From a virus, in IMG/VR virus record IMGVR_UViG_3300010389_003143, positions 1 to 64,000 of that record: a stretch of DNA of 64,000 nt; one strand, 5' to 3'. The notes beneath the pieces were generated by a model that saw only the letters and a program-made list of their open reading frames with translations, searched no databases and was not told the origin of the DNA. The position numbers were made by a program, and so were the translations under genes. Positions within the stretch are counted from its first letter, which is position 1. Each line of letters opens with the position of its first letter. This document shows, in pieces, positions 57,202 to 64,000 of the stretch.

Positions 57202-57418
57202 CTTTTGAATTATCTTCCTTTTTATCACAGCCCATATTGCGAGCCACCTTTGCTGCTCTGGCTCTTCCGGCAGATTTGTGAACGTAGCTGCCATCTATTG
57301 AGTCTATTTCCAGCTGACAGTAAACGGAGCAAAACGGGCTTGGCGATGTGTCGTAGTAATTATATCTTTTTCCACAGACTGAGCAGCTTACGTTATCTCT
57401 CAACAATTCATCCTCCAA
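57194..57418 (-). CDS. YacG-like FCS zinc-finger protein
   Basis: CSVCGK...PFCSVYCQLEID. Confidence 0.5.
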   Translation of the reverse strand: MEDELLRDNVSCSVCGKRYNYYDTSPSPFCSVYCQLEIDSIDGSYVHKSAGRARAAKVARNMGCDKKEDNSKDG

Positions 57419-57620
57419 GGATGTACATAGTTGTGTACTCTCGCTTTATCCACAGCCCTTTATTGTACTCAAATTTATTTGAATAAGGCATGCACAGTCC
57501 TCTCATGGCATTTCTAATGCCCTGAGGCGTTACTGATAGTTTTTTAGCTAATTCTTCCGCAGAATAACTTACTTCATATCTTGTTCTTTTTATTATCTTT
57601 TTTTGTAGATCTGTAAACAT
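57408..57620 (-). CDS. Small winged-HTH DNA-binding protein (start probably 57620)
   Basis: YSAEELAKKLSVTPQGIRNAMRGL. Confidence 0.55.
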   Translation of the reverse strand: MFTDLQKKIIKRTRYEVSYSAEELAKKLSVTPQGIRNAMRGLCMPYSNKFEYNKGLWIKREYTTMYILGG

Positions 57621-57622
57621 AT

Positions 57623-58525
57623 TTAAAATCCAATAAATTTTTTGGCCGTGCCAACGTAAGATTGCCCAAACCACGCCATATCCAAGTAGCTTTCAAGAAA
57701 TTTCTCCATCGCCTCCACGATTGGTAGATTCCAGTCTAATTCATTAGACATTTCTAAAGCAGCTTCTTTTTGCCTTTTTTCCGCAGACCTAAGCACAGCA
57801 AGCGGATTAACTCCCAGTGAATTAAAGCTATAAGCAATTTCTCTTAGTCCGTCAATCTCATATTTTAACATTTTGCACTGCCAAGCGAACAAGCTTATAA
57901 TCTGGAATGTTGAGAATTCGCCCAGAACCTTCGGGAGATGCTTTACTCCTAGCGCAATGTGCCTTGCCTCATCTTTCTCATAATATATAAGCAAATCTGA
58001 AAGAATTGGCTCTACGTTATTTTTTCTTAATTGAGAAAATATAGATATTGCTACAGGCTCAACCATAAGCTGCATCCCAAGTAATCTTCTAGCCATATCT
58101 GACGCTGCTAAAACTTCATTCAATCCAACTTCTGAGTGCTCTGTCAAAAAGCCTCTTCCATCTGGCTCATAATCTAAAACTTTTCTCATGTAATCAAGCA
58201 TAACATAAAAATGTCTTGCTTCATCGTGTGCCTGTGAAGTCGCGGCTAATTTAGCACCCATATCGTCTATTTCTGCCGCCAAAAAAGCTGAGGCTTTCCA
58301 CGCTACTAGCTCTCCCCAAAGGATAAGAGTTAATATCCTTATTAAAGACCCTCTTTTTTCCTCACTCAGCGTTGGTTTTCCGTGCTTTTCGATAAGTTCT
58401 GAAAGAATCTTCCTTCCATCCCAAATATTATTTTGTCCCTTGTGATAAATATTGCTAAGAACCTTAGTCGAAGAGGCGAGGTGATCGTTATTTTCTTTTG
58501 CAATTTCAAAATTTATTCCAGACAT
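57623..58525 (-). CDS. Ferritin-like di-iron protein (start probably 58525)
   Basis: WGELVAW, AHDEARHF, MVEPVA, KDEARHI (two ExxH motifs). Confidence 0.75.
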   Translation of the reverse strand: MSGINFEIAKENNDHLASSTKVLSNIYHKGQNNIWDGRKILSELIEKHGKPTLSEEKRGSLIRILTLILWGELVAWKASAFLAAEIDDMGAKLAATSQAHDEARHFYVMLDYMRKVLDYEPDGRGFLTEHSEVGLNEVLAASDMARRLLGMQLMVEPVAISIFSQLRKNNVEPILSDLLIYYEKDEARHIALGVKHLPKVLGEFSTFQIISLFAWQCKMLKYEIDGLREIAYSFNSLGVNPLAVLRSAEKRQKEAALEMSNELDWNLPIVEAMEKFLESYLDMAWFGQSYVGTAKKFIGF

Positions 58526-58533
58526 TATTTCAC

Positions 58534-58737
58534 CTAAAGAATGAGCCCTCTTCTCCTCTGCTTTTCGTAATGGGGAGACGTAACCTCGCCTTCCCATTCG
58601 TGCTTGCAATCTTCATTACAGCAGCGCAAAGTTGCCTTCATATTCATATCCAAGGTTTTTGGATTGTGTGCCATCACTATAATATCAGTATATTGATAGT
58701 TTCCGCATTTTGGACATTTATTCAGTCTTTCGGCCAT
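58534..58737 (-). CDS. Small Zn-ribbon protein
   Basis: CPKCG...CCNEDCKHEW. Confidence 0.55.
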   Translation of the reverse strand: MAERLNKCPKCGNYQYTDIIVMAHNPKTLDMNMKATLRCCNEDCKHEWEGEVTSPHYEKQRRRGLIL

Positions 58738-58955
58738 AGTTGCTTATCCTCTAAGCTCTTAGGGTTTAATGAGTTTTTGTCGCAATAACATTGTCCAACC
58801 TGCATAACTGGAGCATAGTTTTTGCATAGCCTAGCGCACTGCTCGTACTTATTGGACTTCAAGGCCATTCCGAAGCAATAAAGCGTTATGCATATTAAGG
58901 CAAAAGTACTCCAGTTTAAAGAAGTCCATCTTTCAATTCGGTGAAATATGCTCAT
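58722..58955 (-). CDS. Small membrane protein with Cys-rich C-terminus
   Basis: One TM helix, then CxxxC..CYC. Confidence 0.5.
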   Translation of the reverse strand: MSIFHRIERWTSLNWSTFALICITLYCFGMALKSNKYEQCARLCKNYAPVMQVGQCYCDKNSLNPKSLEDKQLWPKD

Positions 58956-59344
58956 GGCGCCACCTCCCGCCCTTCGGCGTCGAGTAGGACGAGGGTGCAG
59001 CTACACAGGTCAGCCAGTGCAGGCCCGACCCATTTTGCGATCTCGTGTCTAGGCCAACTACGGTCGCTCAGGGCAGGGTAGTCCACCCACCACTGTGGGG
59101 TCGTTGTCGCCGCCGCAGTCGCACGATCCAGCCCCTCCGCCACCGGCTTCCCATCCCACGCGAGGACGAGGGCATCGTGCTCCTCGATGCCCGCCGCTTT
59201 GCATCCTGCACGCCACCACGAGTTGCCTTTGCCGTCGTGGTCTAACCAAGCTGTCGGAGGACGGGCACCGCACGGCCCCTCCTTCAGCAGCCCGTGAGGG
59301 TCGCCCTTCTCGGGCACTAGCAAGACGGCGTGTACTTTACTCAT
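58952..59344 (-). CDS. Hypothetical protein (GC-rich island)
   Basis: GGAGG RBS, ATGA overlap. Confidence 0.65.
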   Translation of the reverse strand: MSKVHAVLLVPEKGDPHGLLKEGPCGARPPTAWLDHDGKGNSWWRAGCKAAGIEEHDALVLAWDGKPVAEGLDRATAAATTTPQWWVDYPALSDRSWPRHEIAKWVGPALADLCSCTLVLLDAEGREVAP

Positions 59345-59613
59345 GGCGCATCCTCCAGCGCGCGAAGCCTCACCGGACCATCCCAGCGGTCACACCTCTG
59401 GCATCCGGTCCTCGCGAGAAACACACCATCAGCGGCCGAGACGATCTCCTGTCGGTCTGGCCCGCATTGACAGGCGTCACCGACCAGCACCACTACACAC
59501 ACGTCAGCGTGCGAGTTGTATCCATCAGCCCAGCCCCGGCAGTAGTCCTCGGACCCCTCCCTATAAGCAACGAACCCGGTATTCGTGAAGTGTCCGACTT
59601 TGGCTCTGCTCAT
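59341..59613 (-). CDS. Hypothetical Cys-containing protein (GC-rich island)
   Basis: GGAGG RBS, ATGA overlap. Confidence 0.6.
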   Translation of the reverse strand: MSRAKVGHFTNTGFVAYREGSEDYCRGWADGYNSHADVCVVVLVGDACQCGPDRQEIVSAADGVFLARTGCQRCDRWDGPVRLRALEDAP

Positions 59614-59999
59614 GGCGCAGCCTCCAGTGCGGCCACAAGGGCCTCGGCAGTGGGGAGCCAGCCGTCCGTGATGTTGCCAGCCTCACCGCCAGAGCGGATC
59701 ACGCGGGCCATGTCGAGGCACAGGTCAATGCGGCACTCGGGGTGTGCCTCCTGCACCAACGTGATCAAGCCCAGCCGGGTCAGGTCGTCGGTGAGGTCTG
59801 GGACCATCGTAGGGTGAATGGTGTGCGGCACTCGACAAGCACGTACCGCTCCCCATGCCATAGGTAGGTCTTCTGGTACAAATGCCCGCATCCCCGGCAG
59901 CCAGCGAAAATGCCTACAGTTCACCAGCCTTTTCGCAAGGCTCGGCGGTGTTGTCTCGGTGCCACTCGTCGTGGTGTTTTCTACAGAAGCATCGGACAT
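59610..59999 (-). CDS. Conserved phage protein of the LAxRxVxC..RWxPGM..PDLTD..EALVAALEAAP family
   Basis: Motifs present; GAGGTG RBS 5 nt before ATG 59999, inside the HNH gene. Confidence 0.65.
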   Translation of the reverse strand: MSDASVENTTTSGTETTPPSLAKRLVNCRHFRWLPGMRAFVPEDLPMAWGAVRACRVPHTIHPTMVPDLTDDLTRLGLITLVQEAHPECRIDLCLDMARVIRSGGEAGNITDGWLPTAEALVAALEAAP

Positions 60000-60423
60000 C
60001 TAGCCACCTCTCTGTGTGGTACGAGTCGTGGTGCCACGCGTGCGGGCCGGAACACTCGCCGCCGTTGCCGCCGCAACACTCCACGTCCTGTGCTCGCGGC
60101 AGCCTGCCCGACTGCACGGCGTTGTTGACTGCTGCCTTGCACAGCATGTACCAACGTCGCTTTTGGTAGTAGGCACGATCTGTGGCTCGGCCTTTCTCAC
60201 TCGCCCGGTACTTCTTCTTAGCCCTAGCCTGTGCTTCGCGACCCTTACGGCTCTGCCTGTACCGCTTGTAGGTTGCGGCACGCTCGGGCGATCCCTCTTT
60301 TGCTCGGCGGCGCTTCGCTTCGCACTCCTTGCACTTAGAGTAGCGCCCGTGCTTCCCCATAGGGTTGCTCCGAAAGGCGTCAAGAGAGAGGTTCCGCTGG
60401 CATCCTGTGCATGTTTTGTCCAT
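59914..60423 (-). CDS. HNH-type endonuclease with N-terminal Zn finger
   Basis: KTCTGC..SKCKEC; AVNNAVQSGRL..HAWHHDSY..LDVRCFCRKHHDEWH. Confidence 0.7.
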   Translation of the reverse strand: MDKTCTGCQRNLSLDAFRSNPMGKHGRYSKCKECEAKRRRAKEGSPERAATYKRYRQSRKGREAQARAKKKYRASEKGRATDRAYYQKRRWYMLCKAAVNNAVQSGRLPRAQDVECCGGNGGECSGPHAWHHDSYHTERWLDVRCFCRKHHDEWHRDNTAEPCEKAGEL

Positions 60424-60445
60424 ACACCGCCACTAACCAGCTTCG

Positions 60446-60497
60446 GCATCCACCGCCAGCCGGGACAGGCGACGGCGCGTTGTGCTAAGTCATTCAT
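60446..60497 (-). pseudogene. Orphaned 5' end (MNDLAQRAVACPGWRWMP) of the gene family represented at 59610
   Basis: Homologous to LAKRLVNCRHFRWLP of the downstream gene; similarity ends just before the HNH start. Confidence 0.55.
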
Positions 60498-60499
60498 CG

Positions 60500-60970
60500 T
60501 TAAACCCCGATTCCATCAAGTGTTTTTTGTAGTCTAGCGATCTCTGCCTCTAGGGTCTTTTTCTTTTTCTCTAAAGATTTCTTTATCTTTGGCTCTTGCG
60601 CTTTCTTCCACAAAGAAAAGTTAGCCTCATAGGCTGCAAGCTTTTTAGAATAATCTTGCATTCTTTTTTCGTAAGTCTTTAATTTCTTTTTATAAGAGGC
60701 CATCTCTTGATTATATCTAAGATTTTTGCATGGCACAAGAGCTTTGAACTCCATCGATTCATAACGCCATTCATGCTTAATCTCTATATCAGACCAATCT
60801 TTTACTACAGGTTTATGATAATCAAATTTTTCGCAATATTCTTTGACAATATCTCCGATAGCCGATATCTTAAATATGCCCTCGGGAAAGTCTATTGAAA
60901 TTTTCTCAATCTTTATTTTTTCCGGAGGAGTCGGCTTTGTCGGCGCTCTTGGTTTCGTCGGCTTTCTCAT
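60500..60970 (-). CDS. Hypothetical Lys-rich coiled-coil protein
   Basis: ORF track. Confidence 0.6.
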   Translation of the reverse strand: MRKPTKPRAPTKPTPPEKIKIEKISIDFPEGIFKISAIGDIVKEYCEKFDYHKPVVKDWSDIEIKHEWRYESMEFKALVPCKNLRYNQEMASYKKKLKTYEKRMQDYSKKLAAYEANFSLWKKAQEPKIKKSLEKKKKTLEAEIARLQKTLDGIGV

Positions 60971-61167
60971 TTTGAATCCATTTATTATAAAAGTAAAGTG
61001 CGGCTGTAGATACTCCGCTACCCCGATAGGGTGTGCTTGAAATTATAATCAGCCTTTTATCGCCTGTCAATAGTTTTCGCTGCTCTTCGGTAATTTCCTC
61101 AAAGCCCCTCGACCACTCTTTAAACTCCGGATCATCTGGAGAGTACAAAGGCAGGGGCAAATCCCAC

Positions 61168-61368
61168 TTAATCCCCCTCAACTACTTTCTCCTCTGGAAC
61201 AATGCCGTAATCACGACTGTAGCGATAGGCAATCATCTTTGCTTTATTCATTTTAAGCAAAATTTCCAAAATCTCACCAAGACAATCTTCTACATCATCT
61301 TTATCTAGGTTATCTGATTCTCTTATTCTATCTATAGACCAGGAGAGCCTTCTCAATTCACTAATCAT
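61168..61368 (-). CDS. Hypothetical protein
   Basis: GGAGG RBS, overlaps neighbours. Confidence 0.5.
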   Translation of the reverse strand: MISELRRLSWSIDRIRESDNLDKDDVEDCLGEILEILLKMNKAKMIAYRYSRDYGIVPEEKVVEGD

Positions 61369-61669
61369 CTTTATCCTCCAGTGAGTATAGCCAATAAAAA
61401 GCGGTTAACTCTTCTTCGGGCTTTATATCCTTTATTGTTTTGAACATAATAAAGTCGCCCTGGATATAGGCCTCGCAGTTTGGATCTTCCGAATGATTAA
61501 AGAAAGCTCCAAGCGGAGTTCTTATATATCCATTTTCAAATCTATCATCTTTAACGTGAGCAATACCTAACTCTGTGTCTTTGGCTATGTGACTTTTGGA
61601 AAACAAACCATTGCCATCTATATCTGAAAATCCAATATATAAAAATTCTGGAAGAGGTCTGTAAGTCAT
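61361..61669 (-). CDS. Minimal SET-domain methyltransferase
   Basis: GNGLFS, FFNHSEDPNC, DIKPEEELTAFY. Confidence 0.85.
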   Translation of the reverse strand: MTYRPLPEFLYIGFSDIDGNGLFSKSHIAKDTELGIAHVKDDRFENGYIRTPLGAFFNHSEDPNCEAYIQGDFIMFKTIKDIKPEEELTAFYWLYSLEDKDD

Positions 61670-62124
61670 TTTGTATCCTTTTTAGATTCTTTTAATAATC
61701 TAATGGCTTCTTTTTCTTTTTCAATAAGATTGTAATTTTCAGGATTTAGAGTAATTAAAGCACATACAATACACTCTTTCATGGGTGCGCCGTGTCCACA
61801 TAAGTTACATGTACATTCTTGCTCTAAAGGTCCGGAATCATAACCTGCATCACAACGAGCACAATCGTACCATTTTGAAGTATCTCTTGATAAAGATTTG
61901 CTCCAGTAGTTGGGGTCTGGAAAATCTGGATCTCTCAAAATCAAACCAACCGCTTCACTTGTTGATCCGCACTCAATCCCAACGATTCTTTTTTGAACCA
62001 ACTTTCCATCGAATTCTACCCATATTATTTCGTGAATCTTTGGTTCATCGCCCTTCTTTACAGTTAAAATTCTGCCTCTACCCGGTATGAAAGGGGTAAT
62101 GTCAGGATTTCTATAGCACCTCAT
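61666..62124 (-). CDS. Hypothetical protein with Cys-rich C-terminal half
   Basis: CARC..CTCNLC..CIVC; ATGA overlaps at both ends. Confidence 0.55.
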   Translation of the reverse strand: MRCYRNPDITPFIPGRGRILTVKKGDEPKIHEIIWVEFDGKLVQKRIVGIECGSTSEAVGLILRDPDFPDPNYWSKSLSRDTSKWYDCARCDAGYDSGPLEQECTCNLCGHGAPMKECIVCALITLNPENYNLIEKEKEAIRLLKESKKDTK

Positions 62125-62546
62125 TCCTCACCCCCGGTCACCACATCAGCGATGTCGATGCCACTGTCGTAGATTTCGATGCCCGAAGGCATGGGCAGCG
62201 GATCAACCACAACCAGCTTACGGGCGATCTCCGCGTAGTTGACCCTCCGTGAAGCGAGCAAGCGACCCATCTGCATGAAGCCCCACTGCATCCGAAGGAC
62301 ACGCTTCGCCTTCTTCTTGCGGAGTCGCTTCTTGCCCCGATGCTTCCGCATTTCGTCAGCGAGGTTCGCCTTGATGTACTCATCGCGGGCCACCTGTCCC
62401 GTGATCATCTTGGACGCCTCGACCATCCTCGCGCTGATGCTCGACGTGGCGTAGGTCGTTGGGCCGCTCATCATCTCCTCACTGACTCCGAGCCCTGTCA
62501 TGATCTTCTGCCGGAACAGATCCACCTCTGCCTTCGTGTCCATCAC
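62121..62546 (-). CDS. Small chimeric protein with portal-like and major-capsid-like fragments (GC-rich insert)
   Basis: RQKIMTGLGVSEEMMSGPTTYATSSIS and RRVNYAEIARKLVVVDPLPMPSG.IYD. Confidence 0.55.
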   Translation of the reverse strand: MMDTKAEVDLFRQKIMTGLGVSEEMMSGPTTYATSSISARMVEASKMITGQVARDEYIKANLADEMRKHRGKKRLRKKKAKRVLRMQWGFMQMGRLLASRRVNYAEIARKLVVVDPLPMPSGIEIYDSGIDIADVVTGGEE

Positions 62547-62851
62547 GGCTTCTCAGTCTGCCACAGGGCATCCGTCACCGCAGACTGGATCGCCTGCTTC
62601 ACCGTGGGCGACTCGCGGGTCCACGACGAGATCGCGTGCTTCACGGCGTCACTGATAGCCGCGTCGAGGTGGCGGCGTACCGACTCCTTGATTCTGTGCT
62701 CCAGATGGCCGTTGGTCACGAGGTCCGTGATTTCTGCCTCGACCTGCTTTTGAATATCGCCCTGACGGGCAACAATAGAGTTGACGACCGAGTGTCGCAT
62801 CGACTCAACGTCGAGCTGTAGTCGAATCATATGCAGAGGTTGACTGCTCAT
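62543..62851 (-). CDS. Hypothetical helical protein (GC-rich insert; start 62851)
   Basis: AAGGAG RBS before MSSQPLH. Confidence 0.6.
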   Translation of the reverse strand: MSSQPLHMIRLQLDVESMRHSVVNSIVARQGDIQKQVEAEITDLVTNGHLEHRIKESVRRHLDAAISDAVKHAISSWTRESPTVKQAIQSAVTDALWQTEKP

Positions 62852-62873
62852 TTTCACTCCTTTGGAATAAAAG

Positions 62874-63401
62874 CTATATAACAAAATAAAACAATAAAAA
62901 CAAGATACCAAATGATAGCTGCCAACTTACAGTGTGTATTAAGAGTGCTGTATGGCTAAAGCCTGAAGCTTCCCAAAACTTCCAGCCATCCGTTGACATT
63001 TTTGGTACCCCTCTGTAAAAAGTAGACAGGTTATAAGCTCCGTCAACATAATTATTTATTGCCCATGCAGCCAAAAAAGAATTCAAAACTACAGAGCTGG
63101 CTAGAAGCGGAGATAAGAACGCTAGGTAGGTAAAGTAAAAAATTAGGGATACAGTATTGGTCATTACAGGTGCAGCAGAAACAAGGGCTTCTTGCACGCT
63201 CGTAAATCTAACAACTTGAACGTATTGGACATAAGCCCAAACCCACCTACCGCTTATCATGCCTGGGAATGGCCATATTTTTGTAATTGTAGCTCCAAAA
63301 TACTGCGCGGTAAGGGCATGTGCCCCTTCGTGTTGCAGATTTTGCGGAATCCACCAAAAAGCGCAAAACAAAAGCATTAATGGCAAAGAAACTGCGTCCA
63401 T
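62874..63401 (-). CDS. Membrane Zn metalloprotease (M50/site-2-protease-like)
   Basis: QHEGAH in a TM segment, VSAAP, STDG. Confidence 0.65.
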   Translation of the reverse strand: MDAVSLPLMLLFCAFWWIPQNLQHEGAHALTAQYFGATITKIWPFPGMISGRWVWAYVQYVQVVRFTSVQEALVSAAPVMTNTVSLIFYFTYLAFLSPLLASSVVLNSFLAAWAINNYVDGAYNLSTFYRGVPKMSTDGWKFWEASGFSHTALLIHTVSWQLSFGILFLLFYFVI

Positions 63402-63402
63402 T

Positions 63403-63651
63403 TTATTCCCTCAAAATTTTGGCCTCAAGTATTTCGTATGGCCCCTTTTTATGGTACCCAATTTGATCATATCCACCAACGTGTATAAAGTCCTCTCCAT
63501 CTATAAGACCTATAACGGAGCATAAATGACCTTTTGCAATATCTGCGGCATCGTGATTATTTGTAGCTATCTCATAGCCAATTATTCTATGCCTTGTCTC
63601 AAGCTGAACTTGATATATTGGCATTTTTTCTGGATTATTCCAACTCATCAC
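63403..63651 (-). CDS. Hypothetical protein
   Basis: ORF track; GAGGAG RBS. Confidence 0.5.
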   Translation of the reverse strand: MMSWNNPEKMPIYQVQLETRHRIIGYEIATNNHDAADIAKGHLCSVIGLIDGEDFIHVGGYDQIGYHKKGPYEILEAKILRE

Positions 63652-63991
63652 TCATCTCCTCAACCGCTCTTTGTATTGCGGCTATGAACTCGGGGTCGTC
63701 AATCTCCTTGATCTGGGACAACGACTGACAGTGGAACAGACCCGTGTAGATCGCCCCGCAGTGCTCACAGACCTCCTCTTTTGGCCCCCGACGTGGAAGG
63801 TCTGCCAAGGATACCCCGACGTGCTTCTTGCCGGTAGGCTTCCCATCAGGGTCGATGCACTTGGGACACGGCGGCAGAGCGGGATGCCCGTGCGCTTTCC
63901 CTCCGGTGTAGGTGACACCGGGCACCATCTTGTCGAGGTCAACGAGCTTACCAAAGCAGTTGTCGCACTCATCGACTACACCGGTTGGCAT
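63635..63991 (-). CDS. Cys-rich hypothetical protein (GC-rich); may begin beyond the window
   Basis: CDNC, CPKC, CEHC motifs. Confidence 0.5.
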   Translation of the reverse strand: MPTGVVDECDNCFGKLVDLDKMVPGVTYTGGKAHGHPALPPCPKCIDPDGKPTGKKHVGVSLADLPRRGPKEEVCEHCGAIYTGLFHCQSLSQIKEIDDPEFIAAIQRAVEEMSDELE

Positions 63992-64000
63992 GAGAACAGT

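Larger units (their letters stand above)
58949..59627 (-). repeat. Three copies of a 21-nt gene-junction motif C[TG]GGAGGnnGCGCCATGAG[CT]A (59607-59627, 59338-59358, 58949-58969)
   Basis: Read directly; each copy carries an RBS and an ATGA stop/start overlap. Confidence 0.8.

Noticed and set aside
58949-59627. CRISPR array or integron attC sites for the three 21-nt repeats
   Set aside because: Spacing is 269 and 389 nt of coding sequence, the repeats are not palindromic, and no cas or integrase gene is nearby.
60000-60002. Genome-wide TAG (amber) reassignment, suggested by in-frame TAG-ATG junctions at 60000, 6585 and 9866
   Set aside because: Conserved genes (def, spoVR, the DAC gene) end at TAG at their expected C-termini, long genes are not fragmented under the standard code, and the ATGs at 59999 and 6588 have their own RBS.
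59914-60445. Group I intron carrying the HNH gene
   Set aside because: Almost no non-coding sequence is available for a ribozyme core, and the interrupted gene's N-terminus is duplicated downstream, which splicing would not need.
1-64000. Bacterial chromosome or eukaryotic giant-virus origin
   Set aside because: Shine-Dalgarno sites and overlapping operons exclude a eukaryotic virus. The mix of fibre genes, inteins, a homing endonuclease, scattered single host-like genes and many small ORFans fits a large phage. Terminase and major capsid genes are not in this window, so this remains an inference.

Overview
This 64-kb window is best read as part of a large (jumbo/huge) dsDNA phage genome. 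It has densely packed, mostly minus-strand genes on an AT-rich backbone, with several sharply bounded GC-rich inserts. I saw no rRNA, tRNA or CRISPR array. It contains: virion fibre/decoration genes (LamG, beta-helix, shared capsid-cement-like domains); host-like accessory genes (ClpP, Dps, Fe/Mn-SOD, peptide deformylase, TopA, dUTPase, PIN-PhoH, two trypsin-like proteases, a vWA lipoprotein, a SET protein and a di-iron protein); class Ia RNR with an intein and an adjacent free-standing endonuclease; a DnaC-like loader with a DnaB helicase; and a PrkA(YeaG)-YhbH(YeaH)-SpoVR-diadenylate-cyclase operon with two further inteins. The most striking signal is a ~30-aa helical tag (LxxLxxxLxxx[G/N][L/F]xKE[A/S]...Kx[A/S]) grafted N-terminally, internally or C-terminally onto at least 10 unrelated proteins. 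I infer it is a capsid-targeting/prohead-protease signal for a packaged cargo that includes antioxidant, RNA-repair and transferase enzymes. Other highlights: a small chimeric protein joining a portal-like fragment to a major-capsid (Gol-region-like) fragment, a repeated 21-nt gene-junction motif in a GC-rich island, an HNH insertion that rebuilds the start of the gene it interrupts, and a frameshifted gene missed by the ORF track. All family assignments come from motif recognition by eye; no database searches were run.
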